Below, piece after piece: positions 1 to 11,529 of a stretch of 64,000 bases of DNA. The position numbers and the translations under genes were made by a program. The DNA comes from Octopus sinensis (Eukaryota), in assembly GCF_006345805.1 (NCBI RefSeq), contig NC_043019.1:5145360-5209359 (forward strand), read 5' to 3'. The stretch's first letter is position 1. Each line of letters starts with the position of its first letter. The notes below the pieces were generated by a model, which saw nothing but the letters and a program-made list of their open reading frames with translations, searched no databases and had not been told where the DNA came from.

Positions 1-800
1 CAACTAAAGGAGCAGAAAAATAGAGCAGTATAGAAAAAGAATTAGAAAAATTTTAACAAAACAGGTCTGTCCATCACCAGTGATAGTAATCTTAGAACAG
101 CTAACATTTTGGATGTGACACTTGAATAAGATAATGGAGCGTTACATCCATATCATAAAAGCTGAGTAAATTTAGATTATATAAATAGATTCCAACAATA
201 GTGCTTAACTAACTCAATGGCAGATAGTGTTTCCTGACACAATATCCACTTACTCCGTTAATAAGGAGATATTCTGTACATATGTGGGATACAATAATGA
301 GGTGCTAAGAAGGGCAGTGTACAAAGAAAAAATTGGATATATCTTAATATGGGATACACTGAATACAACTTGTAAAATTAGCAAATTACGGAATGGTCTC
401 CAGGATTATGGTAAGAGTAAGTCTGATAATGAATCTCATCTAAATATAAATCTGAGGTAGAATAATAGTAGAAGGGAATTAGATAAAGCACAAATGTAAT
501 GTTGTAAATTCCTCTTCTCATAATTATAATAACTAGCTGGACCAATGGAATAAGTCAGCACATTTGAAAATATTGTGTTAAACACAAGGAGAGAGTTTAA
601 AAAATTCCCTTGATATCCAGCCACTTAATAAGGTATTGGTTATTTATCTCCTTGTAATACATTTGACAGATATGATGTATCCTCTGTGTGAAAAGTCTGG
701 CTGCATACACGTTAGCATATGTCAGGTGGATACAATTGACAACACAGTTAATTAAGATTTATTCAGTGAGTTCTATTCAACACCTGTTTACACGTGGAAT
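1..800 (+). mobile_element. Decayed Penelope-like element, RT C-terminal region (stops and frameshifts)
   Basis: Broken translations such as TGLSITSDSNLRTANILDVTL and SVNKEIF...YNNEVLRRAVYKEKIGY resemble Penelope RT/thumb from memory. Adjacent to Penelope-type inverted repeats and a GIY-YIG tail. Confidence 0.5.
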
Positions 801-867
801 TAGCAGAATCATTATTAACTTTAGATGGCTCGCAGGCGAGGTGAACAATTAGTGAGAGAGATAAAGT

Positions 868-1031
868 GCAAGCCCACAGCAATATCATATCTTCTCCTCT
901 ATTTTTAGTATTACGTGTCAAAAGTGAAACAATAACATCTCTCTATTGTATTGTTAGGTACTTTCACTTTAATAGTTTTACTTTAATACTGAAACTATTA
1001 TCTCACATATATACAGGCATACATACATATA

Positions 1032-1112
<81 letters not shown>

Positions 1113-1277
1113 ATGCCTGTATTTATGTGAGATAATAGTTTCACTTTAATAATTTCAGTATTAAAGTGAAACTATTAAAGTGAAAGTATCTGACATTACA
1201 ATAGAGAGATGTTATTGTTTCACTTTTGACAAGTAATACTAAAAATAGTAGAGAAGATATGATATTGCTGTGGGCTC
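868..1277. repeat. Inverted repeat (~140-bp arms) around a (TA)n(TG)n microsatellite
   Basis: gcccacagcaatatcatatcttctcctctatttttagtattac... (from ~871) is reverse-complementary to ...gtaatactaaaaatagtagagaagatatgatattgctgtgggc (to ~1276). Confidence 0.85.
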
Positions 1278-1381
1278 GACCTAGGCAAGAAGTTAAAAAA
1301 TTTTTTGGCTTATGATACTACATCGTTTTTGGATTTGGTTTGCAAGATTCTTTATGTGAGTTAGTGTGTTGAAGCATATTT

Positions 1382-1645
1382 TGTTGTGTTTGGAGAGAGT
1401 CATTCTCTTTTTGTACCTTATTATTTAACACACTCACCAGTAAAGTTTCCACTCATTTACTTTTTTATTTTTCCTAAAGTTTCCATTGCATCTTGCAAAT
1501 TTTTCAATAGACTACTGAAAAGGTTGCAAGACGAGGCAACGAAAATTTCAGGAAAAATAAATTAGTAAATGAGTGGAAACTTTGTCAGTGATTGTATTAA
1601 ATAAGAAGGCACTAAAAGAGAATGACTCTCCCCAAACACAACAAT
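1382..1645. repeat. Fold-back repeat (~120-bp arms), Penelope terminal-repeat-like
   Basis: ttgttgtgtttggagagagtcattctc...catcttgcaa pairs with ttgcaagac...gagaatgactctccccaaacacaacaa across a ~25-nt spacer. Confidence 0.8.
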
Positions 1646-1674
1646 ATATATATATATATATATATATGTCAAAA

Positions 1675-1873
1675 GGAACATAAACATTTTCATTTGGAAT
1701 GGAATATTCTATCTAGATCCTTTCCTTATGATAAGGGTAAATCGTTTTGTTCACGCTGTAATGACAAACTTTATTTCATCTTGTTCTCAGAGAATCCTCT
1801 TGTAAACACATTTAAAGAACGCATTTATCATTGCAAACATTGGCAAAAACATACCTTTAGTTCCTATAAGTGA
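1675..1873 (+). mobile_element. Penelope-like GIY-YIG endonuclease C-terminal fragment
   Basis: LEWNILSRSFPYDKGKSFCSRCNDKLYFIL...LVNTFKERIYHCKHWQKH* fits the PLE end pattern W.IL...PY...C..C..EK..I...LN.R.E...C.H..K. Confidence 0.7.
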
Positions 1874-2329
1874 TTTCTACCAGTCTATAATATTTTACCT
1901 TTAACTGTCTTCTTACATTTCACTTCCACTAAGTAAATGTATTTCTACGCCTTTAATCATTATTCGTATTCACCTATCACACTGTATTTCTCCACTTTTA
2001 GTTTTCTGCTAATTTCTTTCTTCCTCTTCCTCCTCTTTCTAAAAATTGTATTTGACGTTATATCTATTAACGTTTTTGTTTTTTTTAAATAACATACCAG
2101 CATTCCCTTCATCATATATGCAGTAATCACATTCAGTTAAAATGTCTTATTGATGTGTTTTGATTCTCTTTTTTTCCCTGATGAGAAGATCACATTGTTT
2201 TACATCATTTTATTCCTTCTGGAATAATACCAATGTTTTCTTCAAAACATATGTTGGAAGTATAAAGACTTGAATAATACTTACGTTTAACTCCATTTAT
2301 CTATCTATCTATCTATATTCTCTCTCTTT

Positions 2330-2531
2330 TTACTCTTTACTCTTTTACTTGTTTCAGTCATTTGGTTGCGGTCATGCTGGAGCACCGCCTTTAGTCAAGG
2401 AAATCGACCCCAGGACTTATTCTTTGTAAGCCTAGTACTTATTCATTCGGTCACTTTTGCTGAAACGCTGAACCGCAAACACACCAGCATCGGTTGTCAA
2501 GCGATGTTTGGGGGACAAACACAGATGCACA
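2330..2531 (-). mobile_element. tRNA-derived SINE family A, 3' half (split by the RTE insertion; 5' half at 5333-5513)
   Basis: Family A tail cttttacttgtttcagtcatttg...ggacaaacacag. The sequence resumes after the LINE with tatacgacgggcttctttcag. Confidence 0.85.
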
Positions 2532-5332
2532 AACACTCACACACACATATATCATCATCATCATCGTTTAATGTCCGTTCTCCATGCTAGCATGGGTTGG
2601 ACGGTTCGACCGGGGATCTGGGAAGCCAGAAGGCTGCACCAGGCTCCAGTCTTATCTGGCAATGTTTCTACAGCTGGATGCCCTTCCTAACGCCAACCAC
2701 TCCGTGAGTGTAGTGGGTGCTTTTTACGTGCCACCTGCACTGGTGCCAGGCGAGGCTGGCAACGGCCACGGTCGGATTGGTGCATTTTACGTGCCACCTG
2801 CACAGAAGCCAGTCGAGGCGGCACTGGCTTCGGCCACGATTCGGATGGTGCTTTTTACGTGCCATCGACACGGAAGCCAGTCGAGGCAGCGCTGGCATCA
2901 GCCACGATTCGGATAGTGCTTTTTACGTATTTCCAGTCCAGGGGTCCTGGCATCTGCCAGGTGCCAGTCATAGGATTGGTTCAATTTCGATTCCGATTTC
3001 ACTTGCCCCAACAGGTCTTCACAAGCAAAGGGGGGTAGGCATAGGTGCCTGTCGTCGGATGGTGTTCGATATCGACTTCGCTTGAATCAACAGGTCTTTG
3101 TGTGTCCAAGGGAGGAAAGGCATGCATAAGTGGGCTGGACTCACTTGTCCTGCCTGGTCTTTTCACGCACAGCATATTTCCAAAGGTCTCGGTCGCTGGT
3201 CATTTCCTCAGTGAGACCAAAAGTTCGAAGGTTGTGCTTCACGACCTCGTCCCAAGTTTTCCTGGGTCTACCTCTTCCATGGGTTCCCTCCACTGCTAGG
3301 GATTGGCACTTTTTCACACACTTATCTTCATCCATTCTCGCCACATGACCATACCAGCGCAATCGTCTCTCTTGCACACCACAACTGATGCTCCTTAGGT
3401 CCAACATTTCTCTCAGGGTACCAACGCTCTGTCGAGCATGCACACTGACATTACACATCCATCGGAGCATACTGGCTTCATTTCTCGCGAGCTTACACAT
3501 GTCCTCAGCAGTCACGGCCCATGTTTCACTGCCATGTAGCATGGCTGTTCGTACACATGCATCATACAGTCTGCCTTTTACTCTGAGCGAGAGACCTTTA
3601 GTCACCAGCAGAGGTAAGAGCTCCCTAAACTTTGACCAGGCTATTCTTACTCTAGCCGTTACACTTTCAGCACACCCACCCCCACTACTGACTTGGTCAC
3701 CAAGATAACGGAAGCTATCAACTACTTCTAGTTTTTCCTCCTGGAAAGTGACGGAAGTTGTTTTCTGCAGATTTTCAGAGGTTAATGCTCCCGAGCATCT
3801 GCCACATACAAAAACCATCTTCCTAGTTAGCCTTCCTATGACATTGCTGCACCTCTTATGTGTCCATAGCTTACACTTGGTGCATCTTATAGAGTTTCTA
3901 CCTACACCTTTTCTACAGATCGAGCAGGGCCATCTACCTGAAGGCGTTTGTGATTTGTCTACCTTCCTACTTATTACGACTTTGGTTTTAGCTAGATTGA
4001 CTCTAAGGCCCTTCGATTCTAAACCTTGCTTCCACACCTGAAACTTCTCCTCCAGTTCTGATAGTGACTCAGCAATTAGAGCAAGGTCATCAGCATAGAG
4101 GAGCTCCCAGGGGCATCCTGTCTTGAATTCCTCCGTTATTGCCTGGAGGACTATGATAAATAGGAGGGGGCTGAGGACTGAGCCTTGGTGAACCCCTACC
4201 TCTACCCGGAATTCTTCACTGTACTCGTTGCCAACCCTCACCTTACTAGCAGCGTCCCTGTACATGGCTCGCACAGCTCTCACTAACCATTCATCTATCC
4301 CTAGTTTCCTCATTGACCACCAGATGAGGGATCGGGGGACCCTGTCGAAGGCTTTCTCCATGTCAACAAAAGCCAGGTACAGGGGCTTATCTTTGGCTAG
4401 GTATTTCTCCTGCAGCTGCCTTACCAGGAATATAGCATCAGTGGTACTTTTCCCTGGCACAAACCCAAACTGCATCTCATCTAAACTAACTCTCTCTCTA
4501 ATTAGTTGGCTTATGACCCTCTCTGTAACCTTCATCACCTGATCCAACAGCTTGACACCTCTGTAATTATTTGTATCTAGGGCATCACCTTTACCTTTGT
4601 AGCAGTTGACTATTATGCTGCTACACCAGTCATTGGGTATGACTCCTTCATGTATCACCTGATTAACTATACAGGTGACTAGGCTATAGCCGACACTACC
4701 AGATATTTTGAGCATCCCTGCAGTGATACCTGATGGGCCTGGGGCTTTCCCTGTCTTCATGCTTCTAATTGCCTTAACTACCAAGGAACTATCAACCCTG
4801 ATAGCTGGTCCCTCTGTTGGGTCAACATTCGGCAGACTCTCTTTATCCCATTCATTTTCTTTATTCAGCAACCTTTCATAGTGGCGTCTCCAAGCATCTC
4901 TCTTTGCATCCTCGTTTAGCACAAGTGAACCATCTTCCATGCGAACACACTTCTCTCCTACCACATCACAATTCTCTCTCACACACTGTCTTGCAACACG
5001 AAACACCTCCAGTCTTTGGTCCTCACGGCACAGAACATTGGCAAATTTTTTCTTATCTGCTTCCCCTCTGGCTATATAGACCTGTCTCCTAGCTTCCCTT
5101 TTAGCAGTCTGATACAATTCCCTGCTACCACCATTCTTCCAGTGCTTCCAAGTCTGTCTCTTTTCTCTAATAGCCCTGTCTACAACACTGTTCCACCACC
5201 ACGTTACCTTGGGACGAGAGGGGACTTTGCACCAGCCACAGATCTGGTCAGTGGCTCTCAGCAGGTTGTCCCTTAGAAACGTCCAGTTGCCCTCTACCCC
5301 ATGTGATACTCTATCCCCTTCTACTTCGTCAA
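2532..5332 (-). mobile_element. RTE-clade LINE, 5'-truncated, with an uninterrupted RT ORF, 3' UTR and (GAT)n tail
   Basis: ORF 3141-5332 has QFGFVPGKST, FVDMEKAFDRV, GVHQGSVLSPLLF, LLYADD, FRYLG and an RTE-type end GRGRPRKTW. The 3' UTR carries the ggatgcccttcctaacgccaacc motif and ends in catcatcat on the + strand. Confidence 0.95.
3141..5332 (-). CDS. RTE LINE reverse transcriptase (partial ORF; N-terminal MYIYIY in the track is microsatellite)
   Basis: About 730 codons without a stop. RT motifs include YADD, plus a Cys/His finger CSIC...C..C..WTH..C...C..C. Confidence 0.93.
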
Positions 5333-5513
5333 AGTATATATATATATACATATATACGACGGGCTTCTTTCAGTTTCCGTCTACTATAGCCTCGGGCTTT
5401 GATCAGCCCGAGGCTATAGTAGAAGACACTTGCCCAAGGTGCCATGCAGTGGGACTGAATCCGGAACCATGTGGTTGGTAAGCAAGCTACTTACTACGCA
5501 GTCACTCCTGTGC
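5333..5513 (-). mobile_element. SINE family A, 5' half with Pol III A/B boxes
   Basis: The reverse complement has a tRNA-like head with B-box ggattcagtccc. This half contains a private hairpin at 5381-5422. Confidence 0.85.
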
Positions 5514-5516
5514 CTA

Positions 5517-5552
<36 letters not shown>

Positions 5553-5592
5553 TGTATACATGCATGTATGTATATATTATGTATGAATGTAT

Positions 5593-5644
<52 letters not shown>

Positions 5645-6419
5645 TGGCTGTTCATTAGAGAAAACTCCTATTCTGTTAGGAACTCCACAAATCAAACTAC
5701 ATAGTTCCAAGTATAGAACTACATATACGCAGAAAACGTGAGAATAACTTTATGTCATTCTGTATCAAAGCGGATTTCAAGAAATCAAATATATTTATAT
5801 TTTCAGAGTACATCCGGCGCTTATACAGAAAACTAAGTACATTTCGCTGTTCCAGTTTCCGTTTCGGTTTTTCGTTCCACTTTCACGAAGACACTAAAAT
5901 AGGAATCAACCGGGTACGGGTGTTGTTTGACTCCCTGTTGGTGCAGACTTATGACCAACGTTATTCCAACCATGACCATCCCGCTCTTATCTCATGTGCA
6001 GGAAACCCATTCCGCATTATCCAATGTAATCCGTTTCGAAGACGGTAAAAGCGTGAATTGAGGGATAATTGGTTGCTGTTTCAAGTAGATAGATATGACG
6101 TAAAGGTACGTCTGTAGGTGATGATAGAGGTAAAGTCAGATGGTACGGTACCGGGGAAGGGTGTATAACTATAAAAATAAACTGTGGCGATGGTAGCAAG
6201 TTTGGTAGGATATTTTCATGGTGAAGGTGGCGATGTTTCGTTGCTGCTACAATTGTTTGAAGTAAAGACTTAATAATCATTATAGCGCTGGCTTAAACTG
6301 GCTTATCCCATCAGCAGCTTAACAGGAAAATAGTGAAGAGTGCTTGTAACTGACATCGATAGTTTTCTGTTATTTTTTTAATATTTCAACAGACTATAAC
6401 TCTCTCTCTCTCTATCTCG

Positions 6420-6513
6420 CTGTCTGTCTGTCTATCTATATCTATTTATCTATCTATCTACCTACTTACCTACCTATCTAACTATCTACCTACCTACCTA
6501 CCTACCTATCTAC

Positions 6514-6576
<63 letters not shown>

Positions 6577-6581
6577 CCTAC

Positions 6582-6616
<35 letters not shown>

Positions 6617-6713
6617 CCTACCTATCTACCTACCTACCTATCTATCTAATTATCTATCTATCTATCTATCTATCTGTCTGTCTGTCTATCTAATTATCTA
6701 TCTACCTACTTAC

Positions 6714-6762
<49 letters not shown>

Positions 6763-7002
6763 CATCTATCTGTCTGTCTAATTATCTATCTACCTACTTA
6801 CCTATCTATCTATTTATCTACCTACCTATCTACCTATCTATCTATCTACCTACCTACCTATCTACCTATCTATCTACCTATCTATCTACCTACCTACCTA
6901 CCTACCTATCTATCTATCTATCTATCTATCTACCTATCTATTTCTACCTATCTATCTACCTACCTACCTACCTACCTATCTATCTATCTATCTATCTATC
7001 TA
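6420..7002. repeat. Compound (TATC)n/(TACC)n/(TGTC)n tetranucleotide array, ~580 bp
   Basis: Directly visible. Confidence 0.97.
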
Positions 7003-7361
7003 TAACTTAGCTTTTCTTCTTTCTTTTTCCCACTTTCAGTTTATTTACCCAACAACCTTTTTCCTTTCTTTTCAGATCTTTTCTCCCATTCCTTTTTCTC
7101 TCCCTTCTACTTCTTGTATTTCTCCTCTCCTTTACCCTTTCCGCTCGAATGACGCTTAATCGATCTCTTCCAACGTGATCCAGAACGGAAAAATATCGAT
7201 AGATGTTGTGTGCATCTTGCTAAATACTTACACAAACAGGCAGCGACACGCTCCCTCAACATGCCAAAAAAAAAAACAGCTGCCAAATCTCCCTCAAATT
7301 ATACCCATAACGTCTTACAGAACACGATGATCAGAGCTGACCTAGGGTTAAACAACCATTT

Positions 7362-7656
7362 AGCGCGCACACACACACGCACGCACGCACATACACATGC
7401 ACGCACGCAGACACACACACGCACGCACGCACGCACGCGCGCACACACACACACAGACACGCACGCACACACACACGCACGCACGCACGCATACACACAC
7501 ACGCATGCACACACACACACGCACGCACATTAACACACGCGCCCACGCATCCATGCACACACGCACGCATGCACACACGAACGCAGACACACACACACAC
7601 ACACGCACACACACACACACACACGCACGAACGCACACACACACGCACGCACGCAC
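7362..7656. repeat. Compound (CA)n/(CGCA)n array
   Basis: Directly visible; it generates the spurious HT/CV-rich ORFs. Confidence 0.97.
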
Positions 7657-8027
7657 GTCGGCACACCTTTATATTGGTTCATTTATAATAGGTACAAGGT
7701 CACGCGTTCGTAGTAGAAGATTTAGATGTCTAACTCGACCTCCGTAAATATCTGACACTTATCTACATTCGGTGGATGTGCTCCTGAAAAAATCAGAACT
7801 TTCAACATTTGATGTACAAACCAAACATCTTAGAGAAAAAGCAGCAACAGGCGGATTGTCAGTCGGCCTTGGAGCTCTGCTAAAAATTCTACAATTTCCA
7901 GCCCATCGAACAGGTGATGGCCTCTAGATAATCTTTTGTCACGATTTGTTTAATTTTTGCTGAAATAAGCATTGCCAGAAGATGAAAATGATAGGAGGAT
8001 TCACGGAGATGTTGCTATATGATAAAA

Positions 8028-8439
8028 TCTATAATATATAAAAGTAAGGTTGTGTGTGTCTGTCTCCTACGATTTAGATTCCTAACTACTCCCACATTTT
8101 GCGGTGCAGTTTAACCAAAACCGGGTATCTTATAGTCGTGATTCATATCGAGCCCTTCTGGGTATTAGCGTGCGTCTACGATGAGTCTACGATTTTAAAA
8201 AATAATTTACCATAATTTTTTTTCCATTTTAATGCATTTTTTCGCAATTATATAAGGGAAGTAACTCTCTAAAAATGTATATGATGAGTCAACGATTTAA
8301 AAAAAAAATTAGCATCATTTTTTTCCCATTTTTAGTGCATTTTTTTGCTATTTTTTGCTATTTTTTGGCTATAACTCTCTAAAAATGCTTTATAGTTATT
8401 TCCTTTACAAACCCGAGCAACGCCGGGCGATACTGCCAG
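8028..8439 (+). mobile_element. Non-autonomous Helitron-like element
   Basis: 5' TC...tatataaaag, 3' hairpin cccgagcaacgccggg then actgCCAG, sitting between A and T. Other copies at 25138, 43266, 48978 and 55596. Confidence 0.75.
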
Positions 8440-8566
8440 TCTATAATATATAACTTACACAGGAGGATATACGAAGGTATTCTTATAAGACAATATTAAT
8501 GCTTCTCCTAAATGGTGGGACTGAGAATTAAGAAGGAGAAAGATCGGCAGGATTAATAAAATATGG

Positions 8567-8979
8567 GGATCCTTTCGGTTTGAACGGCAGTTTTTTCTAG
8601 CAGTGTCGTATGAAATTGTCACCCATAATTATGACCCTAGTATCGATCTATTGCATTTCAATCTAATTTAGGGTTAGGGGTAGGGGGGAGGGTATCTGTT
8701 TTTTCTTCACAAATGTAAATAAACCCAATCTGTTTCTTAAACAAGGGACATATTCATACGGCACAGAATGTTTTTTACTTCAATAGACGTCATTGATTGG
8801 TTGAAATTGCAGAAATTGAAGAAAAAACAACAACAAATATCTTACAAACTATAGAATTTTCTCAATAAAGCCAAGAGAAAAAGTTGTTTTATAAACACAT
8901 TCTACCAGTATACAAAGTTTTAAAGTGTTTAGTAACGTGGAAATTATGTTAAAAACTGCCATTCAAACCGAAAAGATCC
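8567..8979 (+). mobile_element. MITE with ~25-bp TIRs (ggatc(c/t)tttcggtttgaacggcagtttt)
   Basis: TIR at both ends; near-identical copies at 53267-53661 and 55065-55476. Confidence 0.85.
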
Positions 8980-10094
8980 AAGAATTTTTTTAACACAAAA
9001 CTCTGAAGAGTGCCGGGTTACATAATTAGACTGTTGGATAACACTCTGTTAAACTTCTAGAGCAAAACCGATCAGTAAGATTAGCAGTAATGGATATATA
9101 ATACTGTACACTTTGATATATATATATATTTATTGGAAGTTAATTATATAGCAGGTCATAGAGTGACCAATGTCCTCGCATCCATAAAGTGCTTAGCTTT
9201 ATAGATGACTCAAGCACTTTGTGGATGCAAAACCTTTGGTCTCTCTATGACAGGCCATATAATTCACTTCCTGTAAATATATTACTGCTCTGAGATTTAG
9301 AGTGTGCTTCATTTTCAGATATATGATCAACTGACAATATATATATATATAGGGAGAGTTTACGAAAAAAAACAAAAGACGAAGACAGGTGGTGTAGAAA
9401 ACAAACAGATGTATTAGTATAACGCTCAGGAATAGGAAAAGTCTTTTACATTTCGAGCCTACGCTCTTCTACAGATAGGGACACAGAAAAAAAAAGGATA
9501 TATATATGTGTGTGTGTAAAAACTAACACTTCCTTTTTCTGAGCTGAGATTCAAAACTGAATCTAAGGATTCTTACACGTCTGATCCACCACTGACCAAA
9601 CAGTGTCAAAAAATGATGGATTGTTTTCCTTCGACCTCAACCATGTCATTTAAGGTTCAAGTGGATAGGAGGCGACCTACATAGGTAGGAATTTCTCCTG
9701 TGGTATGTCTTTCCTTCTAGCTGTCACGACCATTATAAATACAGCAAGCCATCAATGGATGGCACACAATCAGAGACAGATGGAAAGAGAGAGTTGGCCA
9801 TGAGACAGCCAGCCAGTAACTTCACCAGTTAAACAGGCAACACAGGTTCACAAGTTCATCATGAATGACAGTCACAGTCGCAGAACATAAACAGACACCA
9901 TTGAATGACCAATTCATACATAGACACAAAACATGCCTGGTTCCACCTCATCATATCAACACAATATTTACCCTGTCAATTTCCTTTTGACCAGCTCGAA
10001 ATAGTTGGTAATGTGATGTAGTGAAATATTTGGTGTATACAAGTAAATACAAGTGTTGTTTGAATAAATCATTTAAACTACAATCCGATGTTTT

Positions 10095-10580
10095 CCTGTT
10101 GTTTTACTTTGACTTGATAGCATTCACCTGGGGTGGGTTGAGCTGGCTTCATTTATCCTCAATGCTGCATCTCTCACAAACGCCGACCAGGCCTGGCAAT
10201 TTGAGGCTAACGACCGCGTGATCTCCAACCACTCCTTATTCCAGCGGCAAACGCCGTAGATATGGGGGCCTAGGTTGGGTTCCAGATCAGCCTTGACCGT
10301 CGTCAGCCAGGTTTTTCGTTGTCCACCACATCGCTTTCGCCAACCCTGAAGGGGAGCTGGGGCAATTGCTTCGTAGATGAATTCTCCTGGTTGACGACAG
10401 AGGGCATGACCCAGCCAACGCAGACGTCTCGTTAGGATGACTTGTCGGAGGGCGGTGATTCTGCACTGGTGTCGCACCGAATTGTTGGAGACAAAGTGAT
10501 GCCATCGGACACGAAGGATGCGGCGTAGACAGAGGTGATCGAAGGACTCTAGTCGCTTAATATCTTCCACCCTCATTGGC
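10095..10580 (-). mobile_element. RTE LINE 3' ORF fragment (second family)
   Basis: RLESFDHLCLRRILRVRW...RRLRWLGHALCR...GGQRKTW matches the RTE C-terminus. Confidence 0.85.
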
Positions 10581-10666
10581 CATGAGTCGCTGCTGTTTTA
10601 CTTTGACGTCGTTCACATGCCCATTTCATCTGCTGCCTCAACATCTTTTGCTACACCTTTCCCACT

Positions 10667-10710
<44 letters not shown>

Positions 10711-10959
10711 CCATCTAAGAATCCATAAGTGAGAAGACTGCACAGACTGCAGTGTAGAGTATATTGCAATAGGTTGTCCTCATCTTGTACCTTATATGAT
10801 GGCTTCTGTTGACCTACAATGCATGTGTGTGTGTCTGTGTGTGTGTAGATAGATAAACAGATATTGGTAATGGTGGTGCCCTGTATTTTCAGTCAGAGAA
10901 CCACTAGGTTGCTGGCCCCTATTGTCACACAAATAAATTTTGGGGTCCTACCAAAATGG

Positions 10960-11330
10960 TGGCAAGAAGAACAAAATATTTGCAACCCCAAATCTCTTCA
11001 GGTATGGAGCCACGTTATTAAGACCTTTTAAGCAATCAAGCAAACAGAAGTCTGCTTGGATGTGGTCTGGAGTGGTGATTGATACACAACTTTTTCTCAA
11101 AAGATGCTGATGAAAGTGGTCTACAAAGTTCACGAGGAAAACGTAATGGAGACCCTTCGGTTGTAACGAATCCTTCGACACAGCCCCGACCCGAACACTA
11201 ATGATAGCAGCTGCTGCACCCAACATAGCGACGTCTTCCCACGTCCTCACACTTCGATGCCCCTCGTTCGAAAGGCCGAACCGCCGGTCTGCGCGCGCCT
11301 GCCAGCTGCCCCCTTCTGCTCAGCCCCAAC
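10960..11330 (+). mobile_element. Possible decayed Ty3/gypsy integrase C-terminal remnant
   Basis: Frameshifted pieces FRYG..LLR...W.SGVVI, VVYKV, KR.GD/LR and RRSAR weakly resemble gypsy integrase tails. Confidence 0.3.
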
Positions 11331-11529
11331 TTCCGGTCAACTCACCCAGCTGCTGACGTCATCCCACAGGTAACTTAGGTTTCATGAGTAGTCGCAGTTC
11401 ATTACTGTGTTTACTTGGCGCAAGTATTTTATTTGCCTTTAATTTAAATTCTCAGGAAAAGAAAGTAAAAAATATGCTGCAATGGAAAAAGACAAGCAAC
11501 AAAAATAACAGCAAGGGATCAAACATTAA

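Noticed and set aside
7210-7747. HT-rich and CV-rich ORFs of 70-116 aa
   Set aside because: Translations of the (CA)/(CGCA) microsatellite.
7750-7930. Open stretch ISDTYLHSVDVLLKK...AHRTGDGL with a donor-like gtgatg
   Set aside because: No convincing acceptor and no recognisable homology.
10948-11250. 100-aa minus-strand ORF
   Set aside because: No recognisable domain or splice context; the opposite strand looks more like a decayed gypsy integrase tail.
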